Assembly (NCBI GenBank): GCA_963666975.2 | Contig: CAXVYR010000003.1 | Span: 96,001-160,000 of the forward strand | From: Terriglobia bacterium | Lineage (GTDB): Bacteria; Acidobacteriota; Terriglobia; 2-12-FULL-54-10 | DNA: 64,000 nucleotides | Direction of reading: 5' to 3' | Shown: positions 31,335 to 41,514 of the stretch, in pieces | Numbering within the stretch: the stretch's first letter is position 1 | How the letters are laid out: every line of letters begins with the position of its first letter | Translations under genes and position numbers: made by a program | Notes under the pieces: model-generated | Databases searched by the model: none | Told to the model about the DNA's origin: nothing | Seen by the model: only the letters and a program-made list of their open reading frames with translations

Positions 31335-32462
31335 ATGACGAAAAGCGGATACCGGCTCCAGCCGCGCCCTTCCATTGTGCGTATGGACTCGTACCGCCCT
31401 CCCAGCAGCGGGCGGGGCGGGAAGGTTCGCCTGGATTTCAACGAGAATACTGTGGGCTGCTCGGCGCGCGTGCTGCGGCTGCTCAGGAAAATTCCTGCCG
31501 CCGGGTTTGCGGTCTACCCCGAGTATGAAAAGGCTTTGCCGAAATTCGCGCGGCATTTCGGGGTGAGCGCCGGCCAGCTCACATTAACCAATGGCACCGA
31601 TGAGGCCATCCAATTGGTTGTCAACACATTCGTCAATGCCGGGGATCGCGTCGTGGTGTTGCGGCCCAGCTATGCCATGTACCGCTTTTACGCGCAGGTG
31701 GCAGGCGCCCGCATCGAGGAAGTAAAATACCTTCCCGACATGAGCTTTCCGGAACAGAAGCTCCTGAAGTCGGTCAGCGCCGGCGCGCGGGCGGTTTTCC
31801 TGGCCAACCCCAACAACCCTACGGGGACCTCGGCTTCTCCGGCGCAACTCAGATCGCTATTGAAAGCGGCGCCGCGTGCTGCGGTTTTGATCGATGAGGC
31901 GTATTTTGAATTTTTCGGCCAGACGGTTATTCCCTGGATTTCGCGCTACCCGAATCTGTTTGTCTCTCGAACCTTCTCCAAAGTGTACGGTCTGGCGGCG
32001 CTGCGATTGGGCTGCTTGTTTTCCGGAGCGGACAACATTCGGGCGATTCGGAAGGGACAGTCTCCCTACAGCGTCAATTCCGTTGCGGTCGCCTCGGCGC
32101 TGGAAGCGATTCGGGACGCCTCCTTCGTGAAGCGCTATGTCGCAGAAGTCCTGCGCGCCCGCCGGATGCTTTGCGAGGAGTTCGACGAGATGGGTTTGAG
32201 GTATTTTCCGAGCGATGCCAATTTTGTGCTGGTCCGTTTCGGCCCAGCAGCCGCCAGCGTATCCCGGCGGTTGTGGGAGCAGGGAATCCTGATCCGCGAC
32301 CGCAGCTACGAACTGTCCGGATGCGTGCGCATCACGGTCGGCACCGTTCCGCAGACCCGAAAGCTCATTGAAAACCTGCGCCGTGTCTGGCCTGCAATCG
32401 AGAAGTCCGCGCGGGAGGCCAAGTCAGGTGGCCGCAGCCGTTTAAGACGGCGTCTTGGGTGA
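31335..32462 (+). CDS. hisC: Histidinol-phosphate aminotransferase
   Basis: LDFNEN, NGTDEAI, NPNNPTG, IDEAY, RTFSK..GLAALRLG. Confidence 0.94.
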   Translation: MTKSGYRLQPRPSIVRMDSYRPPSSGRGGKVRLDFNENTVGCSARVLRLLRKIPAAGFAVYPEYEKALPKFARHFGVSAGQLTLTNGTDEAIQLVVNTFVNAGDRVVVLRPSYAMYRFYAQVAGARIEEVKYLPDMSFPEQKLLKSVSAGARAVFLANPNNPTGTSASPAQLRSLLKAAPRAAVLIDEAYFEFFGQTVIPWISRYPNLFVSRTFSKVYGLAALRLGCLFSGADNIRAIRKGQSPYSVNSVAVASALEAIRDASFVKRYVAEVLRARRMLCEEFDEMGLRYFPSDANFVLVRFGPAAASVSRRLWEQGILIRDRSYELSGCVRITVGTVPQTRKLIENLRRVWPAIEKSAREAKSGGRSRLRRRLG

Positions 32463-32618
32463 AATATTTCTTTAGGGAGAGTTGCGAATTCAGAGCTTGC
32501 TGGTTTTTGACATGGACGGAGTTTTGGTGGACGTCACAAACTCCTATCGCCGGTAGTGGTGCAGTTTGAATTTTCTTGGGCCTTGAATCGGGATGGTCGC
32601 CCGTGCCACACTTGGATC

Positions 32619-32753
32619 ATGCCAAGGGGCAAGAGCAAGGCAAAGCCAAAACCAAAACTAAAGCGCAAGCCTGCCAAGCGCCCTCCCCGCGAGGACTTCA
32701 ACCAGGCTGCCTTTCGAGCCGTGCAAGAGACGATCCGAAGAAGCGAGTCGTAG
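32619..32753 (+). CDS. Small basic protein at left end of the element
   Basis: MPRGKSKAKPKPKLKRKPAKRPPREDFNQAAFRAVQETIRRSES. Confidence 0.55.
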   Translation: MPRGKSKAKPKPKLKRKPAKRPPREDFNQAAFRAVQETIRRSES

Positions 32754-32758
32754 GCTCG

Positions 32759-32944
32759 CTAACGATTAAGGTTTTCTTTGGAAGGCGGAACGCGCGGATT
32801 TTTGATACTGTTAGGGCGGTTAGGATCATGGCGCTCAAACAATTTCCGCGCTTTATCGTCTGCCTCTCGGAGGATTTTCCGAATATTCGACGTCCGTGTC
32901 GCCTCTTCCCCTTGATTCGCAGGAATAAAGTAAGGAGTTCTCAT
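32759..32944 (-). CDS. 61-aa hypothetical protein coupled to the protease gene
   Basis: Start overlaps the protease stop region (32941-32944). Confidence 0.4.
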   Translation of the reverse strand: MRTPYFIPANQGEEATRTSNIRKILREADDKARKLFERHDPNRPNSIKNPRVPPSKENLNR

Positions 32945-33738
32945 GATGGTTGTCCCTCTGCCTGTGGCACCAAGCCAACATAAGTCGTGATTCCGGCCAG
33001 TTTGGGGCGTAGCTGGTCAAACAATTCATCTAATTCAAACGGCGGCTCAGATACCTTTATCCCTAGCGACTCGGCCTCTGCAAGATCAATGGAAAATTCA
33101 TGGGATGGATAATATTCGACTATAGATTGGTAAGCCGCTTTTCGCTGCGTTTTCTTGGCCTTGTCTTCGGGCCTGGAAATTTCCTTGCAATAGGTTACGG
33201 CCAGCCTATTATCAAGAGAAAAGGCTCCCAAATCATAGGGATCAATTTTTTCAAGGACTGGTCTCACCAAGCCTGCGGCAAGCCTGCTGGCCGTTTCTAA
33301 TGCCTTCTCTGGTTCGACGCCTCTTGCCATGAGTAGTTCCATAAGGGCATCCATTGAAGAAGTGGCAAATTCTCGCAGATATTTAACCGCTTCAAATGCC
33401 TCAAGTGGGGATTGCCGTTCAGAAGCAAAAATTTTTTCCTGGCGTTTGCTGGCCACCTGCGGATCAAGTGGGCCGAGTTCGCTTATTTCCGACATCACAA
33501 TATTTGAAGACCCCAGACAGATAAGCGTCGCCCCACTTCCGGCCTGCTCTGGAACCAGCGCTTCCCAACTGTTTGAGATTCGAGAAAATAGTCGTGCAAG
33601 CATGTAACAAGCGGTCAGTTGCCCCCCCGGAGAATGGATAAGAATATCCGGGGAATTGTCTCCACCAACTCGCCGAAGCTCGCGCTTCCAAGTATAGACT
33701 TCGTTAAGCACGTTGCTGTCGATGAACCCAGAGATCAA

Positions 33739-35187
33739 GAGGGTGTCCCATACATAGTTGAAGGTTGAACGGCGGTTCGGCCCGAATCGAATAGAATCGG
33801 GCCAAGCCTAAATCCTATAGAAGGAGAACCGCCGAATGAAGGGAAAATATCACGTTTTGGAACTGGGTTCCAAGGGAGCCGAAGAAACCATCCAGAAGTT
33901 TTGCCAAACCAACGGACAGATGCTGTTGCCGGTGGTGGATCTGATCACGGAGGCGCGTCTGGCGGTGGATGAGGTGATTGATCGGGCCGGGCGAGGTTTG
34001 ATTGAAACGATTCTGAGCATGAGCGCAGAGCAAATCGCGGGGCCAAAGAGTCCCGGGAAGGCGAGCGGAGAGGTGCGCTGGCATGGCCGGCAATTGGGGA
34101 GGGTGAAACTGGCCGATCGCCAGCTGCGGGTGGAGCGGCCCCGGCTGCGCCGGAAGGGCGGAGGGGAAGAAGCGGTGCCGGCCTACGAAGCACTGCGGAA
34201 AAGCGAGAAGACGGGCGAGGAGATGTTCGAGGCACTGTTGAAAGGGGTTTCGACGCGGAACTACCGCGAGGTGATCCCGGAGATGGCCAACAGCGCTGGG
34301 GTGTCGAAGTCTCAGGTGAGCCGGGAAGCGGCCGAGCAAGGAGCGCGGCGGCTGGAAGAACTGTTGGCGCGGCGCTGGGAGGAGGTCGAGATTCTGGTGA
34401 TTTACCTGGACGGAATGCGGTTCGGCTCCCACCACGTCATCAGCGCCGTGGGCGTGGACATCGAGGGCCGCAAGCATGTGCTGGGGATTCAACTGGGCGC
34501 GACCGAAAACGCCGCTGCGGTGAAAGACCTTCTCACCCGCCTGCGCCAGCAAGGTTTGCGCACGGATCAGCGCTATCTGTTTGTGATCGACGGCGCCAAA
34601 GCGCTCCGCGCGGGGATCGAGGAAGTATTCGGCAGCAATCAGCTGGTGCAGCGTTGCCGTACTCATAAGCTGCGCAACGTGGCTGAGCGGTTACCAAAGG
34701 GCGACAAAATGCTGGCGAATCAGGTGCGGTCGCTGATGCGCGCCGCCTGGCGATTGCCCCAAGCCGAGGAAGGCATCGTGCGCATAAAAAAGCTCGCTGG
34801 GATGATCGAGTGCGATCATCCGGCAGCAGCCGCCAGCTTGCGCGAAGGGTTGGAGGAGACCTTTACGATCAATCGAGCCGACGTTCCTCCCAGCCTCCAC
34901 CGCTGCCTGGCAACCACGAACCTCATCGAGAGCCCGCAGTCGGGCGTGCGGAAAAAGACTGGCAATGTTTGCCGCTGGCGCGACGGCGAGATGACGTTGC
35001 GCTGGGTGGCAGGAGCGTTTCTGCTGACCGAGAAGAATTTCCGGAAGATCATGGGTTATCACGATCTCTGGGCTTTGGCATCGATTCTCGGCCGAAGTCC
35101 AAACGCTGCTTCCTCTCACAAGGAGAAAGTGGCGTAATATGAACTCAACCCGCCGTCCCAACCTGCAACTGAGTTTGGGACACCTTC
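33739..35187 (+). mobile_element. IS256-family insertion sequence (1449 bp)
   Basis: Imperfect TIRs GAGGGTGTCCCATACATAGTTG.. / ..CAACTGAGTTTGGGACACCTTC; 8-bp TSD GAGATCAA at 33731-38 and 35188-95. Confidence 0.93.
33836..35137 (+). CDS. IS256-family transposase
   Basis: GVSTR, IYLDG, G.K.VLG, FVIDG.KAL, QRC..HK.RN, TTNLIES. Confidence 0.95.
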   Translation: MKGKYHVLELGSKGAEETIQKFCQTNGQMLLPVVDLITEARLAVDEVIDRAGRGLIETILSMSAEQIAGPKSPGKASGEVRWHGRQLGRVKLADRQLRVERPRLRRKGGGEEAVPAYEALRKSEKTGEEMFEALLKGVSTRNYREVIPEMANSAGVSKSQVSREAAEQGARRLEELLARRWEEVEILVIYLDGMRFGSHHVISAVGVDIEGRKHVLGIQLGATENAAAVKDLLTRLRQQGLRTDQRYLFVIDGAKALRAGIEEVFGSNQLVQRCRTHKLRNVAERLPKGDKMLANQVRSLMRAAWRLPQAEEGIVRIKKLAGMIECDHPAAAASLREGLEETFTINRADVPPSLHRCLATTNLIESPQSGVRKKTGNVCRWRDGEMTLRWVAGAFLLTEKNFRKIMGYHDLWALASILGRSPNAASSHKEKVA

Positions 35188-35390
35188 GAGATCAAAGCAA
35201 AAAGGGGCCTTTCCCTAATCTTCGAAATCGCCCATAGTGTATTTGTAATCTCTTCATAGGCTCCCGTTGGCTTGCAACTTGGTTCCCGTGGTGGACGAGC
35301 TTGGCCTGGCTGTTCGACAACCTTTTCGCCGTTATCAGCGAGGTTTCTTGGGTCTATTACTCGCGTCCCCATATTGCTTTCCTTCCGATC

Positions 35391-35564
35391 TCAATCCACA
35401 TCAGTTTTTTGATTTTTTGCTTTCGCCCATCTCGCTTGAACTGCCCTTCTGGCACTTTCGCTCCGCTCTTTTGGGGTCATGGCCGCTGCCCTGGCTAGCC
35501 CACCCTTCTTTCCGCCCCTGCGCCCTAAGGCTACAGCATACGGATTTTTGCGTCTCCTTGCCAC
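35391..35564 (-). CDS. 57-aa basic protein (KNPxAVALGRxGG..RxExARxAxxARW type), putative DNA-binding regulator
   Basis: GTG start; MARRRKNPYAVALGRRGGKKGGLARAAAMTPKERSESARRAVQARW..; below ORF-track cutoff. Confidence 0.75.
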   Translation of the reverse strand: MARRRKNPYAVALGRRGGKKGGLARAAAMTPKERSESARRAVQARWAKAKNQKTDVD

Positions 35565-35570
35565 AAGATA

Positions 35571-35661
35571 ATTATACGTGAGCGGTCTCGAATGTCAAGA
35601 AAAGTAATTTACCCGCGCCCTCATATTTCTCTTGACATATACGTGAGCGGTTACGTATACT
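35571..35661. promoter_or_regulatory. Divergent sigma70 promoters sharing a repeated operator-like motif ATACGTGAGCGGT
   Basis: Minus strand TTGACA (35598-93)-16-TATAAT (35576-71); plus strand TTGACA (35632-37)-18-TATACT (35656-61); motif at 35574-86 and 35639-51. Confidence 0.7.
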
Positions 35662-35668
35662 TCAGTTT

Positions 35669-36499
35669 ATGAACCGCCTGAATCGAACACGGCAAGCTCA
35701 AGTAGTAGCGGCTCTGGTTGAAGGAAACTCGATTCGCAGCATAGAGCGCATGGCCGGAATTGCAAAGCACACGATCCTAAAACTCCTCGCTGATTTAGGT
35801 CCCGCGTGCGTTCAATATCAGGACCGCGCTCTCCGCAATCTTAAATGCCGCCGGATTCAGGTCGATGAGATTTGGCAGTTTTGCTATGCAAAGGAAAAGA
35901 ACGTTCCCCAGGACCGCAAGGGGCAGTTCGGTTACGGCGATGTCTGGACTTGGGTTGCTCTGGATGCCGATACGAAGCTTGTCCCGTGCTGGGTGATTGG
36001 GGATCGTTCGGCTGACTCCGCTTCGCTTCTCATGCGCGACCTGGCAAGCCGTCTCCGTTACCGCGTCCAGCTAACCACGGACGGCCACAGAGCATACCTG
36101 ATAGCAGTGGAAGAGGCGTTCGGAGCCGACATTAACTTCTCGCAACTAATCAAGATTTACGGCAACCCTCAAGAACTGGGTTCAAGGTACAGCCCAGGAG
36201 AGTGCATCGGCTACAAACAGGAACGGATCGTCGGTCGGCCAGACCCGTTTCATATTTCCACGAGCTTCGTAGAAAGGCAGAATCTTACGATGCGCATGTC
36301 TATGCGCCGGTTCACTCGCCTCACTAACGGGTTCTCCAAAAAGGTTGAGAATCACGGCTATGCTGTGGCGATCCACTACATGCATTACAATTTTGCCCGG
36401 ATTCACAAAACGCTGAGGATCACACCGGCTATGGCGGCTGACGTTTCGGACCACGCTTGGGAGATCGAAGAGATGCTAGATCGGGTTGGCCTAAAATGA
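35669..36499 (+). CDS. IS1-family transposase (single ORF, HTH + DDE)
   Basis: LVEGNSIRS HTH, QVDEIW, WTWVALD, LTTDG..Y, STSFVERQNLTMR..RRFTR.T.GFSKK. Confidence 0.9.
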   Translation: MNRLNRTRQAQVVAALVEGNSIRSIERMAGIAKHTILKLLADLGPACVQYQDRALRNLKCRRIQVDEIWQFCYAKEKNVPQDRKGQFGYGDVWTWVALDADTKLVPCWVIGDRSADSASLLMRDLASRLRYRVQLTTDGHRAYLIAVEEAFGADINFSQLIKIYGNPQELGSRYSPGECIGYKQERIVGRPDPFHISTSFVERQNLTMRMSMRRFTRLTNGFSKKVENHGYAVAIHYMHYNFARIHKTLRITPAMAADVSDHAWEIEEMLDRVGLK

Positions 36500-37129
36500 A
36501 ACTGCACCACTACCCTATCGCCAGACGATTATCGAAGCCGTGAAGCACTTCACCGGTACAGAGATCAGTAACCAGGAGATCCAGGTTGCCAAGAACAGGG
36601 GAGGGGCCAACAACGACTGGGACCTGACGCTGGAGTTGGTGCGCGAGCGGGGTGGTTCTCCAACCCGCCAGGAAGTGATCCGAATTTTCCAGCAGATCTA
36701 TCGCGGCAACAACAATGACGGCCTGATCGCCAGGGAGCAATGGCTGCCCCGGGGCCAATTGCTCGAGCGGTTGTCCCGCCGTTTCCGGCTGGCGCTGTTT
36801 ACCGGAAGAGAGCACGGAGAGGCGTTGTTCACGCTGTCCAAATTTGCGCCGGATGTCGTCTTCGATCCGGTTGTGGGGATGGAGGACGTCGAGCGAGAAA
36901 AGCCCGATCCGGAGGGTCTGCTGAAGATTCTGGATAAAATAAAACCCAAGGAAGTATTCTACGCAGGCGATACGATGGATGATTGCCGCGCCGCGAGCGC
37001 CGCCCATGTGCCCTTCATTGGAGTGGTCGGACCGGAAAATCCCTTGGGAGCGGAGTTGGAGCGGCTTTTCCGGCAGGAGGGAGCCAAGGCTGTGATCTCC
37101 GACGTCAACGAACTGGAGCGGGTATTGCT

Positions 37130-37738
37130 ATGAAAAAAAAACCAGTGCGTCCCCGCGTTGCGCGGGTGGAGCGCAACACTACGGAGACCAAAATTCGTGC
37201 CCGGCTGACCCTGGAGGGGAAGGGGAAATACAAGGTTCAAACCGGCATCCGGTTTCTGGATCACATGCTGGAGCTGTTTGCCAAGCATGGCGGCTTTGAT
37301 CTGGAGTTGCGGGCCAAGGGCGATCTGGACGTGGACCAGCATCATACGGTGGAAGATGTGGGGATCGTCCTGGGACAATGTTTTCGTCAGGCTCTGGGGG
37401 ACCGTCGAGGGATCAACCGCGCCGGATATTTTCTGATGCCCCTGGATGAAAGCTTGGCGATGGCGGCGGTGGATCTGTCCGGAAGACCTTACCTGGTTTG
37501 CCGCGCCCGTTTTCCCCAGCCCAAGGTGGGCGATCTGCAAACGGAGTTGATCGAGGATTTTTTCCAGGGCTTTGTGACTCACGCCGGGGCGAACCTGCAC
37601 TTGAAGCTCCTCTACGGGCGATCCACACACCACGGCGTGGAGGCGATGTTCAAGACCTTCGCCCGCGCCATGAAGACGGCTGTTTCGTTCGATGCACGGC
37701 TGAAAAAGGAGCTGCCCAGCACGAAGGGATTACTATGA
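37130..37738 (+). CDS. hisB: Imidazoleglycerol-phosphate dehydratase (monofunctional)
   Basis: [32 protein letters not shown]; ATGA overlap with the HAD gene. Confidence 0.96.
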   Translation: MKKKPVRPRVARVERNTTETKIRARLTLEGKGKYKVQTGIRFLDHMLELFAKHGGFDLELRAKGDLDVDQHHTVEDVGIVLGQCFRQALGDRRGINRAGYFLMPLDESLAMAAVDLSGRPYLVCRARFPQPKVGDLQTELIEDFFQGFVTHAGANLHLKLLYGRSTHHGVEAMFKTFARAMKTAVSFDARLKKELPSTKGLL

Positions 37739-38412
37739 TCTCGGTGGTCGATTACGGCGCAGGCAATCTGCGCTCGGTTGAAAATGCGTTGCGGTATTTG
37801 AAGGTCTCCTTTGCCACCACTTCCCAGGCTGGCGAGGTGAGCCGGGCGTCGGCGATTGTATTGCCGGGCGTCGGCCATTTCGGCCACATGATGCGTTCGC
37901 TCAAACTGCTGGGGTTGCTTCCGGTGCTGCGCGAGGCCATTGGCAAAGATGTGCCCTACCTGGGAATCTGTCTCGGCATGCACGCTTTGTATGAGGGAAG
38001 CGAAGAAGCTCCCGCCCTTCCGGGGCTGGGGGTTTTGCAGGGCGGCATCCGGCGCTTTCCCCAGGGATTGAAAGTGCCGCAGATGGGATGGAATCAATTG
38101 CAGGTGACGCCCGGCACCCGGCTCTTTCAGGACGTGGAGGACGGGCCGTTCGTGTATTTTGCCCACGCCTATTACTTGCCTGTGGATGAGGATAAAGCTT
38201 TCCGGGACCGGGAGTCGCCGCCGGTGGCAGCTCTCGCCGACTACGGATCGAATTTTGTGGCGGCCGTGGAGAGGGACAACATCTTCGGTACACAGTTCCA
38301 TCCGGAGAAATCCGGAGAGATCGGGTTGCGGATCCTGCGCAATTTTGCCGTGCTCAGCCAGGAACGGGCAGAGATCAAATCTCCATCGCGAGGCGGCAGC
38401 CGTGTTGGCTAA
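37735..38412 (+). CDS. hisH: Imidazole glycerol phosphate synthase glutaminase subunit
   Basis: [36 protein letters not shown]. Confidence 0.96.
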   Translation: MISVVDYGAGNLRSVENALRYLKVSFATTSQAGEVSRASAIVLPGVGHFGHMMRSLKLLGLLPVLREAIGKDVPYLGICLGMHALYEGSEEAPALPGLGVLQGGIRRFPQGLKVPQMGWNQLQVTPGTRLFQDVEDGPFVYFAHAYYLPVDEDKAFRDRESPPVAALADYGSNFVAAVERDNIFGTQFHPEKSGEIGLRILRNFAVLSQERAEIKSPSRGGSRVG

Positions 38413-39157
38413 ACGAATCATCGCCTGTCTGGACGTGAAGGAAGGCCGGGTGGTCAAAGGAACCCAATTCGTCCAGTTGCGGGATGCCGGAGACCCTGCG
38501 GAGTTGGCGGCGGCCTACAACCGCGAGGGCGTGGACGAGGTTATTTTCCTGGACATCACGGCTTCGGCTGAGAAACGCGGGCTGATTGTGGAGACGGTGG
38601 TGCGCACGGCCCGGCAGGTGTTTATTCCGCTCGCGGTCGGGGGAGGCATTCGGTCGGTCGGCGACGCCAGAAGGATTCTTACCTCCGGGGCGGACAAGAT
38701 TTCCGTGAACACGGCGGCAGTGGAGAAGCCGGAGTTGATCACCGCGCTGTCGGAAGAGTTCGGCTCACAGGCCGTGGTGCTCGCCATCGATGCCCGCCGG
38801 GAGGGAGATGGCTGGCGCGTCTTTACCTACGGCGGGAGAAAGCCTGTGAACCTGTCGGCGGTCGAGTGGGCCATCGAAGGCGAGGCGTTCGGGGCGGGGG
38901 AGATATTGCTGACCTCGATGGATTGCGACGGCACGGAGAAGGGATTCGATTGCGAGCTGACGCGGGCCATCTCTCGCGCCGTGAAGATACCGGTCATTGC
39001 CTCCGGGGGCGCAGGCTCCGCCGAGCACTTTGCGCAGGTGCTCACTGAAGGAGAGGCGGACGCGGCGCTGGCCGCCTCGATTTTCCATTATGGCAAGGTG
39101 AGGATCCGGGATTTGAAGGAGCATCTGAAGGCGCAAGGAATTCCCGTTCGGATGTGA
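38402..39157 (+). CDS. hisF: Imidazole glycerol phosphate synthase cyclase subunit
   Basis: [43 protein letters not shown]. Confidence 0.97.
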   Translation: MLAKRIIACLDVKEGRVVKGTQFVQLRDAGDPAELAAAYNREGVDEVIFLDITASAEKRGLIVETVVRTARQVFIPLAVGGGIRSVGDARRILTSGADKISVNTAAVEKPELITALSEEFGSQAVVLAIDARREGDGWRVFTYGGRKPVNLSAVEWAIEGEAFGAGEILLTSMDCDGTEKGFDCELTRAISRAVKIPVIASGGAGSAEHFAQVLTEGEADAALAASIFHYGKVRIRDLKEHLKAQGIPVRM

Positions 39158-39265
39158 TGCGCTGTCCTTCCGGATGCTCTGGGTCCTGTGGAAACTCAAA
39201 TCGCTGGCATCGCAGTCAATAAATAAATTTCTAACTGATCTTGAACTGATCCCGGCTGAACACCC

Positions 39266-39952
39266 ATGATTATCCCTTGCATCGACCTGATGGATGGCAA
39301 AGCCGTGCAACTGATTCGCGGCAGGAAGAAAGCTCTCGAAGTCGAGAATCCCCTGGACATGCTCAAAAAATTCCGTGGATTTCCCGTCATCCAGGTCATC
39401 GACCTCGATGCCGCCATGGGACGCGGGGACAATCGCAAGACGGTCGCCCAGCTCTGCCGCCGTGCTTCCTGCCGGGTGGGAGGAGGAGTTCGCACCACAG
39501 AGCGCGTTCGAGAGTTGGCCGAGTTGGGAGCGCGGCAGATCATCATAGGAACCGCAGCATTTCGCGAAGGCGGCGTCAACCGCAGCTTCCTGGCGGCCGC
39601 TCGAAAGGCGGCGGGAAAACAGTTCATGACAATTGCTCTCGACAGCAGTCGCGGGCGAATCGTAGTACGAGGATGGCGCGGGCGCACCGGGCTTCGTGCA
39701 GAAGATGTGATCCCGGCGCTGGAGCCGTACTGTTCCGGTTTTCTGTGCACCTACGTGGACAAAGAAGGCATGATGCAAGGGACCAGCCTGCGCTGGTTTC
39801 GCCGGCTGCGCAAGGCGACCAAGCTTCCCATCACGGCGGCGGGCGGCATCACTACCGCTGCAGAGGTCGAGGCACTGGCCCAGATGGAGATCGACGCGGC
39901 GGTGGGAATGGCCGTCTACACGGGAAAGCTAAAACTGCATCCTCCCGGCTAG
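39266..39952 (+). CDS. hisA: ProFAR isomerase
   Basis: IIPCIDLMDGKAVQL, VIDLDAA, VGGGVR, VDKEG..QG, AAGGI; last gene of the his cluster. Confidence 0.88.
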   Translation: MIIPCIDLMDGKAVQLIRGRKKALEVENPLDMLKKFRGFPVIQVIDLDAAMGRGDNRKTVAQLCRRASCRVGGGVRTTERVRELAELGARQIIIGTAAFREGGVNRSFLAAARKAAGKQFMTIALDSSRGRIVVRGWRGRTGLRAEDVIPALEPYCSGFLCTYVDKEGMMQGTSLRWFRRLRKATKLPITAAGGITTAAEVEALAQMEIDAAVGMAVYTGKLKLHPPG

Positions 39953-40156
39953 ATTTCTCCACACGACGAGCCGCGCTATCCCATGACGACCTTCCCCCAA
40001 AGCAACTATCATAAAGGCGACAAGCTGTTTCGTCTTTTTATCCCTTTATCCTTTTATCCTTCCCGGTTTGCCGATGGTGAAACAACCGCTTCACAGGAAA
40101 GACTGAAATGGAAGAAAACGCAGCGGTGTTATAATCGGTTTGTTTCTTCGCGTCTT

Positions 40157-41125
40157 ATGGAAATACTGGATTTGCGACACATGCGCTCCCAGGACCTGGA
40201 GCATTTGCTGGAGGAGGAAAAGCAACTCTGGCAAAAGCATCTCCAATGGGACTACACGGCGTCGGCGGCGTTGATCAAGCGTTTTGTCGATGCCCGCGCC
40301 CTGCCGGGATATGCCGCGGTCGATGGCGGCCGGACCGTCGGTTACAGCTTTTACGTCTATGAGGACTACAAAGGTTTAATTGGGGACGTGTTCGTCAGCG
40401 GCGCTTCAAAAGACGGCGCCACCGAATCCGAGTTGCTCCGGAACGTGATCGAGACCATGCAAGGGACCCCGGGTATTCGCCGGATCGAAACCCAGTTGAT
40501 GAACTTCGGCGACCGGCCCATTTCCCAATGCTTCCATTCGCAGAACTTCCAGAGTTTCGGACGAAAATTTTTATTTCGGGAGCTTGCCGATTGCCCCCTC
40601 TCCTCGCTCAGCCACAATCGGGATATTGAGCTGGCTCCCTGGGACCCGCGCTGGACGTCCGAGGCGGCCCATCTGATCACGCGCGCCTACCACGGGCACA
40701 TCGATAGCACCATCAACGACCAGTACCGCTCGCACGCCGGGGCAATGCGTTTCCTGGACAACATCCTCCACTATCCCGGATGCGGCCGCTTTGACGCCGG
40801 CTGCTCATTCCTGGCGTTTCGGAGGGATACGTCCCGGCTTTGCGGGATGGTGCTCACCTCCGTGGTGAGAGACCGCGTCGGCCACATCACGCAAGTCTGT
40901 GTCGATCCCGAGTCGCAGGGCACGGGTCTCGGCTTCAACCTGATCTGCGAGAGCCTGCAAAAATTGCAGCAGCGCCGGTTCCGGACGGTTACGCTGACCG
41001 TGACGGCCGCCAACAGCAGCGCGCTCCGCCTCTACGAGAAGATGCAGTTTTCCACCCTTAGAGATTTCCAGGCCTTCGTCTGGGACGCTTTCGGGCGGGA
41101 CCGCTCGCAGCCTTGGAATAATTAG
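40157..41125 (+). CDS. Tandem GNAT-family acetyltransferase
   Basis: HITQVCVDPESQGTGLG, LTVTAAN..ALRLYEK..F. Confidence 0.85.
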   Translation: MEILDLRHMRSQDLEHLLEEEKQLWQKHLQWDYTASAALIKRFVDARALPGYAAVDGGRTVGYSFYVYEDYKGLIGDVFVSGASKDGATESELLRNVIETMQGTPGIRRIETQLMNFGDRPISQCFHSQNFQSFGRKFLFRELADCPLSSLSHNRDIELAPWDPRWTSEAAHLITRAYHGHIDSTINDQYRSHAGAMRFLDNILHYPGCGRFDAGCSFLAFRRDTSRLCGMVLTSVVRDRVGHITQVCVDPESQGTGLGFNLICESLQKLQQRRFRTVTLTVTAANSSALRLYEKMQFSTLRDFQAFVWDAFGRDRSQPWNN

Positions 41126-41133
41126 GGGAATTC

Positions 41134-41514
41134 TCAGGAACCGGCGGCGGGGGGCGCTTCATCGGCGCCGGCGGGTTCAGAAGAGTCAGGCGGGTCAGGG
41201 CGGAACAGTTGAAGCAGGTTATACGCTAATTCAGCCGACAGCTCGTTGATCTCCATTCCTTCTTCCACCATCAGCTTGCAGGAAAGGGCTTGCTGCACTT
41301 TCTCTCCGCCTGCTCGCGTGACGCTCACCCGGCAGTACTGGCATTCTTCGTTCCAGCAATACCGCCCGTAAGAAATAGTGTCCGGGCAAAGAAATTGGAA
41401 GGCGCGGAGCAGCATGTTGTTCTCGGGAACGGAGAATTGCTTTCCCCGAATCTTGATCCCCACCAGTTTTTCGTAAGGACGAAACAGCGGTCCCGCAACG
41501 TAATCCTGCCCCAT
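41134..41514 (-). CDS. 2Fe-2S ferredoxin-like protein
   Basis: YCWNEECQYCRV..LSC cysteine pattern. Confidence 0.7.
   Translation of the reverse strand: MGQDYVAGPLFRPYEKLVGIKIRGKQFSVPENNMLLRAFQFLCPDTISYGRYCWNEECQYCRVSVTRAGGEKVQQALSCKLMVEEGMEINELSAELAYNLLQLFRPDPPDSSEPAGADEAPPAAGS

Larger units (their letters stand above)
32941..35372 (-). pseudogene. SDH/DUF114-type ClpP-fold serine protease interrupted by IS256
   Basis: N-part ..KIRERPLFALIS joins ..GFIDSN..DILIHSPGG..AGSGATLICLG..LGPLDPQ..YPSHEF..EAESLG across the IS. Confidence 0.82.
32552..36514. mobile_element. IS1-family cargo-carrying element (3963 bp including a nested IS256)
   Basis: Perfect 16-bp TIRs GGTAGTGGTGCAGTTT; 8-bp TSD CTATCGCC at 32544-32551 and 36515-36522. 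Confidence 0.93.
32482..37133 (+). pseudogene. HAD-family hydrolase (TIGR01548-like, putative histidinol-phosphatase) split by an IS1-family element: 32482-32551 + 36523-37133
   Basis: TTG start with RBS; MRIQSLLVFDMDGVLVDVTNSYR joins in frame to QTIIEAVKHFTG..NNDWD..KPDPEG..GDTMDD once the element and one TSD are removed. Confidence 0.88.
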
